Positions 46,885 to 56,530 of a stretch of DNA of 57,284 nucleotides are shown here, one piece after another (the first letter of the stretch is position 1; each line of letters opens with the position of its first letter). This DNA comes from Candidatus Thorarchaeota archaeon (GTDB taxonomy: Archaea > Asgardarchaeota > Lokiarchaeia > Sigyniarchaeales > SOKP01), in NCBI GenBank assembly GCA_048883105.1, contig JBHLQY010000005.1, positions 1 through 57,284 on the forward strand, written 5' to 3'. The notes beneath the pieces were generated by a model that had not been told where the DNA came from, did no database searches, and was given only the letters and a program-made list of their open reading frames with translations. The position numbers and the translations under genes were made by a program.

Positions 46885-48882
46885 TTAGGAATAATATCCT
46901 TTTTTATTAAATTTTCTTCTAAAGAATCGATCATCTTTAACTTTTTTAGTCAAGGATTCAATTTTTTTATCAATAAGGTAGATTTCTTTTTGTAAGTTTT
47001 TAAATGTCTTAAAGTAATCTACTTCGCGAATTATGCCTTGATCAAATTTATCATCCAATTTTTTTAATGTTTCCTTTAGGCTATACTGCTCTCTTTTCAG
47101 TTCCATCATTCGTTTATAAATCTTTTTATCAGAGTCATATAAATGCTCTCTACTATTGTAGATATTATCTATAGGGGGATCTTCTTGATTAAATAAATCG
47201 GATATATGGTTTTTATGATAATCATTAAAGGAATTATTAAAATTATCGTTAAACATTGGCTCACTATCTCTAAAAGCATTCATTTCGTTAAAATAATTAT
47301 ACCTTACTCCGTTTATTCTAGGTCGAAATTGCTGATCGAATCTTTGTGCACTTTTTAATCTTTTCATTAAAATATTTCTTTCATCAAAATCGGATCTATT
47401 ATTGAATGGATAAGGCCCATCGTAATATTGATAATTATAAGTAGGATCGTAATTCTGAAATCTATATGGATTATAGTTGTGTTGAGGATTAAATCTAATT
47501 CTATAATCTTCCTGAAATGGTATTGGTGAATTAATATCACCATAAAATCTTGAATTATAAGGAGGGCTAGCTGAAATGTAATTATTCATATGTTTTGGGG
47601 TCCAATATTGTGGATGTTTTTGAAAACTATTGAAATATGATTCAAATTCTTCATCTTCACTATTATTGACGTTTTGATTAATTTGACATTTTAAATTAAA
47701 AAATGAATTGATGCCTTCCTCAATATATCTTACTAAATCATTTAAATCTATTTCAATTTCTTGCAGTTTTTTTGCTGATTCTTTATCGTATATCTCATTT
47801 TCTTGAAAAGTTCTTGCTAAAAGAATATAATCAATTATCTTTGAAACAACATTCGAAGGAAACGAAAATTCGTATTTTCCATACTCGAATTGAATAATTA
47901 ATTTCTTAAACAGCTTCCCTCTATCTCGAATTTTAATTAAATCATCAACAGGAGCCTTAAAAATTAATTCACGTTTTTTCTTGATGAAACCATATTCATG
48001 TACAAAAGATAAATCAAAATTAGTAATAAATAAGATACCGTTACTTTTCTTGAATCGTTTTTGAGGATCTAACCCGTTAGTAAGCTTGGTTTTAATAGCA
48101 TAAACAGGCTTCTCTTTCTCTGCCAAATTTAGAAATTGTTGATATGGTAAATACAACTTTGTTATTTTTTCAATGAATTGCAAATTCTTTTGGAAATCAT
48201 CAAATTTCTCAAGGATATCTTTAATATTTTTAGAAACAAAGTTATCGATAGAATCGTGGCCTTGATTTACACTTTCTAAAATACTTTCAATAATTCTTAC
48301 GTTCGAATTAGGCTGATTATATATATCAAGAAAATATACCTTATTCATAGCTAAATGACGGAAATGCGTATTAATTTTTCCAAGTAGATTTTCTTTTATA
48401 TATTCAACTTGTTTAAAAAGAGCTAATAACTCTGACTCCATTTTTGGATAGTGAAAACATCTTATGGGTGGTTCTCTTGATTTTTTAATATTATGCCTTA
48501 TTAAGTATAATTCGTTAATTACATCTCTTATAGGTTGGATAAAGTTACGTGATAATTTAATTAATTCAAGAAATTTTTGCTCTAATTCTTCTTTTTTTTC
48601 GTAAATATTGAGAACTTGGTGAGAATGGCATTTTGGACATGATTTGTAATGATGAGTAGTTTTAATCACATTTTCACGTCCACATTCCTTACAAACTTTT
48701 TTATCTTCCGTTTGGTTAAATTCAATATCTTTAGAATTGCAGTCTTGACATACAAAATCATCAATGAAATCGTCCCGCAGGCAGTCAGAGCAGCAAGCTA
48801 CGCCGCAATCTTCACAATAAAATATAACTTTCATTTCTCTTTGACAAAATCGGCATATTTGCTTACTTTTTTGGTCTGACAT
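46885..48882 (-). CDS. Multi-zinc-finger / coiled-coil / PH-like / low-complexity / steadiness-box-like protein
   Basis: Six CxxC pairs at the N-terminus; GILFITN..L.F PH-like segment; N/Y/F/P-rich region; C-terminal ETL..L......G.I....YFK....L. Confidence 0.7.
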   Translation of the reverse strand: MSDQKSKQICRFCQREMKVIFYCEDCGVACCSDCLRDDFIDDFVCQDCNSKDIEFNQTEDKKVCKECGRENVIKTTHHYKSCPKCHSHQVLNIYEKKEELEQKFLELIKLSRNFIQPIRDVINELYLIRHNIKKSREPPIRCFHYPKMESELLALFKQVEYIKENLLGKINTHFRHLAMNKVYFLDIYNQPNSNVRIIESILESVNQGHDSIDNFVSKNIKDILEKFDDFQKNLQFIEKITKLYLPYQQFLNLAEKEKPVYAIKTKLTNGLDPQKRFKKSNGILFITNFDLSFVHEYGFIKKKRELIFKAPVDDLIKIRDRGKLFKKLIIQFEYGKYEFSFPSNVVSKIIDYILLARTFQENEIYDKESAKKLQEIEIDLNDLVRYIEEGINSFFNLKCQINQNVNNSEDEEFESYFNSFQKHPQYWTPKHMNNYISASPPYNSRFYGDINSPIPFQEDYRIRFNPQHNYNPYRFQNYDPTYNYQYYDGPYPFNNRSDFDERNILMKRLKSAQRFDQQFRPRINGVRYNYFNEMNAFRDSEPMFNDNFNNSFNDYHKNHISDLFNQEDPPIDNIYNSREHLYDSDKKIYKRMMELKREQYSLKETLKKLDDKFDQGIIREVDYFKTFKNLQKEIYLIDKKIESLTKKVKDDRFFRRKFNKKGYYS

Positions 48883-49106
48883 TAAACCTAACCTTATTAT
48901 AATAAACAGTAAATAACTATAGTTTTAACAAAAATAAAAGATGAAATTTAATTCAAAAATGCTTATGTTATTTGAGTAATACTAAAAATATGTATCATAA
49001 ATCTCTTAAGGTTAAAATACCTATTTTTTTAGAAATTAAGAATTTATATATCTTGAACTAAATATATTATAGTATTTAATAATTACTTAAATATTGGAGA
49101 AAAAGT

Positions 49107-50132
49107 CTATTCTTTTATCAAATTATTTATTATTATTTCACAAATATCTCCTGCGTATTCACCCGTTCTTCGTATGCTCTCTATTATATAGCTTATAGCA
49201 ATCGATATTTCGACATTATGTTGGTTTGGTTCAAGAGTGATATCTTCGCACGCAGAAATTAATTCTTTTACTAATTCAATTGTTTGGTTAGCTAAATGAA
49301 TATCTTTTTGGAGCCAAGAGTCTAAACTTTTAGCAAGCATTTTCTTTCTTGCAATTTCACTTGCTTCTACAATTTTTTCGAGAATTTTCTTATCAATTTT
49401 TAATCCAATTATTTTTAGCGTATTATTAGCAATATTAACTGAGTGATCTCCTATACGTTCTAAAAATTTGCTAAACATTTGGTATTGGCTCGCATCTTCT
49501 AGCGTAACACCCATTTTCTGGCATAAAATAATATCCTTCATTGCAATATTAGATTGTCGACCAATTAACCAGTGCAATCTATCAATCTCATTATCTCTCT
49601 TTATAACTTCTTCTGCTAAATCTCGATCACCTGTTATTAAAGCTGTGATTGCATCTTCGTGCATGCTATCAGCAAGAATATACATTCTACGAATTGTTTT
49701 ATTAAAGGGCATTTCCTTAGGATTTAATAGATCTTTAATTGTTATATTCTGATTAGATTCCTCGATTATTTCTGGTCCTATTGCAATTTGAGTAAAATTA
49801 GTTATGCATTCTCTTAAAATTGGTTCGAATTTTCTACTAGATTTTACTATAATTTTAGAATAACCCATAATATATGCTCCAATTAGAATTCGAAATAAAA
49901 AGTCATAATCTTTAACATCATCAATATCAAATTCTTTAACTCTCTCAATTTCTTCCGTATTTGGATTCGGAGTTATCAATAAATTTCCATCTGGTTGAGT
50001 TAAGATACCTAATGAATAACCCTTATAGTTTTTATCAATATTATGGCTTTTTATCCAGTCGATAGGTAAGCTAACTATGTATGACGAACCGCCAGTTTTT
50101 TGAATTTTTCTAGTTTCGATATGAAACACCAT
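49107..50132 (-). CDS. phoU: Archaeal phosphate uptake regulator (AbrB-like N-terminus + two PhoU domains)
   Basis: RKIQKTGGSSYIVSLP.W, RDNEIDRL, LERIGDH, IRRTGEYA.DI.E. Confidence 0.95.
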   Translation of the reverse strand: MVFHIETRKIQKTGGSSYIVSLPIDWIKSHNIDKNYKGYSLGILTQPDGNLLITPNPNTEEIERVKEFDIDDVKDYDFLFRILIGAYIMGYSKIIVKSSRKFEPILRECITNFTQIAIGPEIIEESNQNITIKDLLNPKEMPFNKTIRRMYILADSMHEDAITALITGDRDLAEEVIKRDNEIDRLHWLIGRQSNIAMKDIILCQKMGVTLEDASQYQMFSKFLERIGDHSVNIANNTLKIIGLKIDKKILEKIVEASEIARKKMLAKSLDSWLQKDIHLANQTIELVKELISACEDITLEPNQHNVEISIAISYIIESIRRTGEYAGDICEIIINNLIKE

Positions 50133-50171
50133 CTCATTTTATGTATATTTCTACAATATAATAAAAGGTTA

Positions 50172-50338
50172 TCTATATATATTAGTGATTCTATATAGGT
50201 CTATATATTCCTTAATTTTGATTTTAAATTTATACTTCTCTTATTAACCAAGTATAAACGGTTTCAGGAGAGGATATATCCTCTATATAGATTCTATAGG
50301 TTTATAGATTCTAAATAATTCACCATATTCTATGTAGA
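50172..50338. promoter_or_regulatory. Cluster of TCTATATAGA-like palindromic sites in the divergent phoU/ABC promoter
   Basis: Copies at 50172, 50190, 50200, 50282, 50293, 50329; perfect 16-bp palindrome at 50269..50284. Confidence 0.6.
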
Positions 50339-50424
50339 AATACCTTTTATTTATTTATAGATATTTTAATAGCAGATATCGAAAAGATGAATAAATGATA
50401 CAACAAGTAGAGTAAAGATCTCTT

Positions 50425-50523
50425 ATGAAACAGCGTTATATATATTTTTCTATATTTTTGTTAGGAATCTTAGGGGGTATAATATTCGCTATTGTAGATA
50501 ATTATATCAGATCATTTATTTAA
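50425..50523 (+). CDS. Possible 32-aa single-TM protein
   Basis: MKQRYIYFSIFLLGILGGIIFAIVDNYIRSFI; not in the ORF track. Confidence 0.35.
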   Translation: MKQRYIYFSIFLLGILGGIIFAIVDNYIRSFI

Positions 50524-50550
50524 GACAAATGAAAAATATCTCTCATTATC

Positions 50551-51687
50551 ATGATCAAAGCTAGAGTACGTAGAGTTAAAAAGCATAGCAAACTGTTAAT
50601 TCTTATAATTTTTATTTCGGGATTTTTTGGAGGTTATTTCTCCACTAATTTAATCTTTTGGTTAAATAAAGAAGAAGTCACTCATATTTACATTATTTAT
50701 AGTTCTGAAAAAGCAAGTTGGATGACCCAGGCATATACCGACTTTATGGAAGAGTGGGAGAAGAAACATCCTGACGAGAAAATAATGATACATATGCATC
50801 CTTATGGATCTGCTGATTCAATAATTAGTATTTTAAATGGAGAAATCTTTCCAACGATATGGAGTCCAGCGAGTTCCATTTGGATGCCGTATCTTAATAC
50901 AAAATGGAAAGAATACACAGGAAGTAAAAAAGATATTGTAGATATATTTGAAGCTGTTAAAATAATTTATTCTCCTATTGTAATTGCTACATGGGAAAAA
51001 TTTAACAAAACGAATAAAATTAAAGGGTTTAATGACGTATTCGATTTAATTGCGGATATAGATGTTGAAATTAAGATGGGTCATACAGATCCTCGTCTTT
51101 CAAATTCAGGCTTTATGACAGTAATAATGGCGATATCTGCTGCCACTGGAAAATCTTCTGAAGATATAACCATGAAAGATTTACAAGATGATAATAATCA
51201 AAAGTGGCTTACTGTTTTTGAATCTATTGCTGTGATGTATGGGAAATCAACTGGTTTTTTAAGTAGGTATATGCAAAACCAAGGACCTGATGGCTTAAAT
51301 CTTGCTTTTCTATATGAAAACTTAATAGTGGATATTTCAAGTGAATCGACTGAAGGAAAAATAATAGCAATATATCCAGAAGAAGGCACTCTCTATAGCG
51401 ATCATCCTTTCTGTATATTAAATGCAGACTGGGTTACACCAAAGCAAGAACGTATAGCGGGAAAATTTCTAAAGTTTCTTAATGAGAACAAAACTATTAA
51501 ATCAGCTTTGGAATATGGATTTCGACCAATTGATACTTCAATACCTTTGGATAAAGATATTTTTAATTATAAGGATAATGGAATTGCTTATACTCTCAAT
51601 GTGACTGAATTATCTGTCCCTAAAGATGAAGAAGCTTTATTGAGAATCCCAGATATGTGGTTGCTCTGTAAAAACAGAGGATTATAA
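50551..51687 (+). CDS. Membrane-anchored ABC substrate-binding protein
   Basis: N-terminal TM; WSPASS.W, SPIVIA, HTDP..SNSG, YPEEGT..SDHP, YGFRP. Confidence 0.88.
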   Translation: MIKARVRRVKKHSKLLILIIFISGFFGGYFSTNLIFWLNKEEVTHIYIIYSSEKASWMTQAYTDFMEEWEKKHPDEKIMIHMHPYGSADSIISILNGEIFPTIWSPASSIWMPYLNTKWKEYTGSKKDIVDIFEAVKIIYSPIVIATWEKFNKTNKIKGFNDVFDLIADIDVEIKMGHTDPRLSNSGFMTVIMAISAATGKSSEDITMKDLQDDNNQKWLTVFESIAVMYGKSTGFLSRYMQNQGPDGLNLAFLYENLIVDISSESTEGKIIAIYPEEGTLYSDHPFCILNADWVTPKQERIAGKFLKFLNENKTIKSALEYGFRPIDTSIPLDKDIFNYKDNGIAYTLNVTELSVPKDEEALLRIPDMWLLCKNRGL

Positions 51688-51713
51688 AAAACAATTAAAA
51701 AATTGGAATAATT

Positions 51714-53378
51714 TTGAGCAAAACTAATAAGAATCTAAAAAAAAGCACTGAGGCTGAAAAGGCTGAATTACCGTTAAGTATAAAACTCGATCGTTTCTTT
51801 TCAAAATCCGCTTATCGAAAAAGTCTCGATTCTATTGTAATTTTCTTTTTCATATTAGTTATTATTGGACCAATAATTTACATTTTTTTCACAATTTTTT
51901 TAAATATACCAACTATTTATAGTGAGGTATTTAATGACAAATTATTAGGGGATTTAAAATGGCGAATAATTTTAGAGGCTTTAGCAATTTCTTTTGCAAT
52001 TGCAGGTCTTGCTGTAGCTATTAATATTGTGATCGCATTTCCAACGGCAATTATTTTAACTCGTTATACATTCAGAGGAAAAAAGGTTTTAGACGCAATG
52101 ATTGATTTACCTATGGCCGTACCAACTAGCGCGTTAGGCTTTTCTGTATTGTTATATTGGGGAATATTTGGTGTTGAACCAGGATTTCTATTAATCCTAT
52201 TAGGACATATTATTTTTACCTTACCATATATAGTCCGCAATATGAAGATTGTTCTTGAAAAAGCTGATACTTTATATGAAGATGCTGCTAGAACACTTGG
52301 TGCACCAGGATTTACTGTTTTTAGAACTATAACCCTACCAATGATGAAAGAAGGTATTATTGCAGGAGCGATTCTTGCTTTTACAAGGAGTTTAGGTGAA
52401 ACAGGCGCAACAATAATCCTCTCGGGATTAGTTGAGACTGCCCCTATAGTTATTGTTGGATTTAGAAGACAACTAGAATTACCTGCTGCATCACTTCTCG
52501 CAGGAATTTTAATAGCAATATCTATACTACTACTATTTTCTGTAAAATTTTTTACTAGAAAAGTAGGTTTTCCAACTAAGAGTGTTTGGCCTGAATTTGA
52601 GAAGCATTTGAGTCATAAAAGTCTACGTATCATTAGAGATTCCCTTACAATGACAATTCTTACCCTTCTTATTCTTATTCCTTCATTTTATATTATAACT
52701 CAAATAATAGATGCTGATATAGCAGATGAGCTATTTTTAGGAAAAGATTATAAATGGGCCTATTTATATGTAGCATTTATAAATTCAATTTCTATAGCTG
52801 TTTCAGCTGTTATTATTAATCTTCTAGTGGGTATACCATTTGCATTTATTATTGTTAAAAGAAATTGGGGAAGATTTATAACTTTTTTAGATACGATACT
52901 TGATATTCCAATAGCAATACCTTCTGCCGCACTAGGTTTTGCGATATTTATGTTTTGGGGACCTGCCGGGATTGGTTTATTTCAACCCGGTTTCTATATG
53001 ATTTTATTCGTTCATGTTACTTTTACCTTTCCATATATGGTTCGTCCAATTATCGGTGTTTTAGAATCTACCAATGTAGGAGTCGAAGAAGCAGCTCGCA
53101 CTTTAGGAGCATCTAATATGACTGTGTTTAGAAAAATTACTCTCCCAAGTATCAAACAAGGAATTATAGCAGGATGTATTATGGTTTTTACTCGCTCGCT
53201 TGGTGAAACGGGAGCCACCATTGTTGTTATGGGAAATATTAGAACTGTACCTGTTTTGATAGTAGATTGGGTGGAAGCAAACGCTTTTGCTAGCGCAATT
53301 TTTGCTAGCACCATAGTCATAATATTTAGTGCATTTTTGATTATCGCATTAAGAGCAGCCACAAAAGAAAATAGGTGA
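51714..53378 (+). CDS. ABC permease with two fused CysT/ModB-like domains
   Basis: Duplicated D.P.A.P, E.AARTLGA (EAA loop) and FTRSLGETGAT. Confidence 0.95.
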   Translation: MSKTNKNLKKSTEAEKAELPLSIKLDRFFSKSAYRKSLDSIVIFFFILVIIGPIIYIFFTIFLNIPTIYSEVFNDKLLGDLKWRIILEALAISFAIAGLAVAINIVIAFPTAIILTRYTFRGKKVLDAMIDLPMAVPTSALGFSVLLYWGIFGVEPGFLLILLGHIIFTLPYIVRNMKIVLEKADTLYEDAARTLGAPGFTVFRTITLPMMKEGIIAGAILAFTRSLGETGATIILSGLVETAPIVIVGFRRQLELPAASLLAGILIAISILLLFSVKFFTRKVGFPTKSVWPEFEKHLSHKSLRIIRDSLTMTILTLLILIPSFYIITQIIDADIADELFLGKDYKWAYLYVAFINSISIAVSAVIINLLVGIPFAFIIVKRNWGRFITFLDTILDIPIAIPSAALGFAIFMFWGPAGIGLFQPGFYMILFVHVTFTFPYMVRPIIGVLESTNVGVEEAARTLGASNMTVFRKITLPSIKQGIIAGCIMVFTRSLGETGATIVVMGNIRTVPVLIVDWVEANAFASAIFASTIVIIFSAFLIIALRAATKENR

Positions 53379-54529
53379 ATAAAATACCTTCTATTGAGTT
53401 AATTAATATAACAAAGACATTTGACGAAGGAAAAGTACTTGCTGTTGACAACATTTCTCTAAAAATTAACGATGGAGATTATGTGTTTCTATTAGGTCCT
53501 AGTGGGTGCGGTAAAACCACAACTTTACGGATGATATCAGGTCTTGAGATTCCTACTAAAGGTAAAGTACTTATTGATGGAAAAGATGTTGAAGGAATAC
53601 CCCCTGAAGATAGAGATATGGGTTTCATTTTCCAACATTTTGAAATTTTTGATCATATGACAATATGGGAAAATGTAACTTTTGGTTTAGAAATGAGAGG
53701 ATACAATGAGGAATATATAATTGAAAAGGCTGAATGGGTATTACAAATGGTTGATTTATTGGAATATGCTGATGATTATCCCTCTATTTTTGGAAATCCT
53801 GGTTTGCAAAAATTAGGAATTGCTAGAGCTATTGCAACGGGAGCAAAAATTTTAATTATGGATGAACCACTGGGTTCATTAGACCCAAAAGTTTCAAAAG
53901 TCTTTCGGCATGAACTAAGAAATTTAATAAAAGATTTAGGTCTCACGGCAATTCATGTCACGCATAATCAAGAAGAAGCTATGGCTATCGCAGATAAGAT
54001 CATTCTTATGAGAGCAGGACGTATACTTCAGATGGGAACTCCGTATGACTTATATGAGAATCCAAGGAGCATATTTGTAGCAAACTTCTTAGGAGAAACA
54101 AACTTTCTTCAGGGATTTGTATTAAAGGTCTTAGATAATGAAGAAATGAAAGTAGGGATACGTTTAGGAGGACCAAAAATTATTTGTAATAATTTTGGTC
54201 ATAAATTTAATTTAGATGATAATATTGTAATTGGCTTCCGTTTTGAAGATGTATATTTGTTTCCGAAAGCTTATAATTTTGAAAAAAGCCCTTATGATTG
54301 GTCTAAGACACAATTCTTTGAAGCAACGTTAGAAAATACAAGATTCATTGGTGCTACAAAAAGGTTTTATCAAACATTAGATAGTGGGGATAATTTTTTG
54401 TCAGTAAAACCAGGGACGTTTGAAGAAAATTTTATTCTGGGAGATACATTAATAATCGGAATTCATATAGACGATCTTCATGTATTTCCAGCTCCTAAAG
54501 ACCTTATCCATGAATTATCTTTAATGTAA
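53375..54529 (+). CDS. ABC ATPase (PotA/CysA-like) with degenerate signature motif
   Basis: GPSGCGKT, MDEP and VTH intact; signature reads FGNPG. Confidence 0.95.
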   Translation: MNKIPSIELINITKTFDEGKVLAVDNISLKINDGDYVFLLGPSGCGKTTTLRMISGLEIPTKGKVLIDGKDVEGIPPEDRDMGFIFQHFEIFDHMTIWENVTFGLEMRGYNEEYIIEKAEWVLQMVDLLEYADDYPSIFGNPGLQKLGIARAIATGAKILIMDEPLGSLDPKVSKVFRHELRNLIKDLGLTAIHVTHNQEEAMAIADKIILMRAGRILQMGTPYDLYENPRSIFVANFLGETNFLQGFVLKVLDNEEMKVGIRLGGPKIICNNFGHKFNLDDNIVIGFRFEDVYLFPKAYNFEKSPYDWSKTQFFEATLENTRFIGATKRFYQTLDSGDNFLSVKPGTFEENFILGDTLIIGIHIDDLHVFPAPKDLIHELSLM

Positions 54530-54544
54530 GCGAAGTGAAATCTT

Positions 54545-55768
54545 ATGGTAGATATAGAATTAAAAAATATCTATAAATCTTTCAAAAAATTCAAAGCTTT
54601 AGAGAATATATCATTAAAAATTAAAGATAAAGAATATTTCATAATTCTTGGACCAACAGGAGCAGGAAAAACTACATTATTAAAAGTAATTGCTGGATTA
54701 ATTAGACCTGATTCGGGAAGAGTATTTTTTGATGAAAAGGATGTAACAAAATTATCTCCTGGTAAGAGAAATTTAGGATTTATGTTTGAGAATTATGCTC
54801 TTTTTCCTCACATGACAATTTATGATAATATTGCTTATAGCGCACGTGTCCATGCTCGTGATTCTGCTCAAACACAAATAATTGTGGAAGAAATTTTAAT
54901 GATGACACTTCTTACAGGGAGAAATAAAGCTTTGCCAGAGGAAATGAGTGGTGGTATGAAACAACGGGTCGCACTCTGTCGAGCTCTCATGAATTTAGAG
55001 CAAACTAAATTATTAATACTAGATGAGCCATTAAAGGCACTAGATGCAGGACTTAGAATGAGTTTAAGGAGAGAATTGTTATTAATGGCAAAATCTAAAC
55101 AGTTATGGTTAACAGTAATACATGTAACAAATGAACAACAAGAAGCTATGATGGTGGCTGATCGAATAGCTGTAATTAATAAAGGAAAACTTGAACAAGT
55201 AGGTACTCCCTATGAAATCTATTATCAACCAAAAAATCTTTTTGTAGCGAATTTCATGAGTGAGATTAATTATTTCAGTGGTACTTTTGTAAAAAATAAT
55301 AAAGTTTCATGGGATATTAATAAAAATGGAAAACAAGGAGACAGATTTTTCTCAGAAATCAAAAAAAAATTAATTTCTATCCCTATTGATATAGGGTTAC
55401 CACAAGTTTTTGCGTCTTATGTACAAAAATCGGTCTTTGATAAACTTCAATATGGAGACAAAGTATTATTAGTAGCTAGAGCCAATCATATGAAAATTCG
55501 ACTAGGTAATAGAATAAAAGAGAAACATAATGCTCTTCTTGGAAAAATTTATAGACGTAAATTTATGGGTGTTTTTTATAGATTCGAAGTTCTAGTTAAT
55601 ATCAATGGTAAGGAAAAAATAATAATTGTGACAAATCCAGCAACAACTGAAATCCATAAAACATTTTTAGAAAATTTGGAAGTAACAGTTTATTTTCCAA
55701 AAGAATTGGGGATTGTATTTAAACATCCTAGTGATGATATTATAAAAGAAGTATTAAAATTACAATAA
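54545..55768 (+). CDS. ABC ATPase (PotA/CysA-like) with H-loop His replaced by Asn
   Basis: GPTGAGKT, MSGGM, LDEP; H-loop reads VTNEQ. Confidence 0.95.
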   Translation: MVDIELKNIYKSFKKFKALENISLKIKDKEYFIILGPTGAGKTTLLKVIAGLIRPDSGRVFFDEKDVTKLSPGKRNLGFMFENYALFPHMTIYDNIAYSARVHARDSAQTQIIVEEILMMTLLTGRNKALPEEMSGGMKQRVALCRALMNLEQTKLLILDEPLKALDAGLRMSLRRELLLMAKSKQLWLTVIHVTNEQQEAMMVADRIAVINKGKLEQVGTPYEIYYQPKNLFVANFMSEINYFSGTFVKNNKVSWDINKNGKQGDRFFSEIKKKLISIPIDIGLPQVFASYVQKSVFDKLQYGDKVLLVARANHMKIRLGNRIKEKHNALLGKIYRRKFMGVFYRFEVLVNINGKEKIIIVTNPATTEIHKTFLENLEVTVYFPKELGIVFKHPSDDIIKEVLKLQ

Positions 55769-55803
55769 AATAAAAAAAAATATAAAATTTGGAGGTTAGA
55801 ATT

Positions 55804-56487
55804 ATGAGTTCTTTATTTGAATGGTTTAAATCTCGTAATGAAGAGACCGCAATAAATAAAACTTTAGTTCATATGCAAAAAGTTCTCGAATGCGTTGTAG
55901 AATTTGAGAAAGGTCTATTATTTCTCATTGAAGAGAGAAATATTGACCTAGCTTTAAATGTTTTTACACGAGTAAATGATTTGGAGCATCAAGCTGATAT
56001 TATTAGGCGAAAAATTCTTGGAATGCTTTCACATGCGGAACTTACTTCTACAATTCGTGAAAATTTAATTCATCTTGCTCAAAGAATTGATGATGTAGCT
56101 AATGCAACAAATGCTGGTGCAAGGATTCTTAATTATATAAATCGCACCGATTTTTTTAATTTGGAGAAAGAAATCCATGTGAAAATTTTAGAGATGGTTA
56201 GAATATCTGTAAAGGCTGTTAAAAAGTTAAATCAGATGGTGAAGAGCTTATTAACAGCAGAGATTGCTGAAATAAGGGAGTTAGGTGAGGAAATCAACAC
56301 TCTCGAACATGAATGCGATGAATTGCGTTTTAAAATAAATCACATACTTGTTTCAAATCATCCTCAAATAAATCCTTTCAGTGCGATTGAAATTCATAAT
56401 TTTATTTCGATATTAGAAGCCATCAGCGATAATGCAGAAGATACTGCTGATTATATTATGATGCTAACAGTTGCGAAAAGGACTTAA
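55804..56487 (+). CDS. DUF47 family (PhoU-like) phosphate transport regulator
   Basis: LEHQAD...R, RIDDVAN, LEHECD, ISDNAEDTAD; ATG at 55804 after GGAGG. Confidence 0.9.
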   Translation: MSSLFEWFKSRNEETAINKTLVHMQKVLECVVEFEKGLLFLIEERNIDLALNVFTRVNDLEHQADIIRRKILGMLSHAELTSTIRENLIHLAQRIDDVANATNAGARILNYINRTDFFNLEKEIHVKILEMVRISVKAVKKLNQMVKSLLTAEIAEIRELGEEINTLEHECDELRFKINHILVSNHPQINPFSAIEIHNFISILEAISDNAEDTADYIMMLTVAKRT

Positions 56488-56530
56488 TTAAAACTATAAG
56501 ATATAGCTTATTTAAATTTGGCAAATTCTT

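Noticed and set aside
995-53362. Numerous short track ORFs overlapping well-supported genes (e.g. 995..1225, 13354..13698, 18934..19203, 21558..21815, 28537..28749, 36275..36466, 38078..38452, 53012..53362)
   Set aside because: Antisense or alternate-frame shadows without recognisable motifs.
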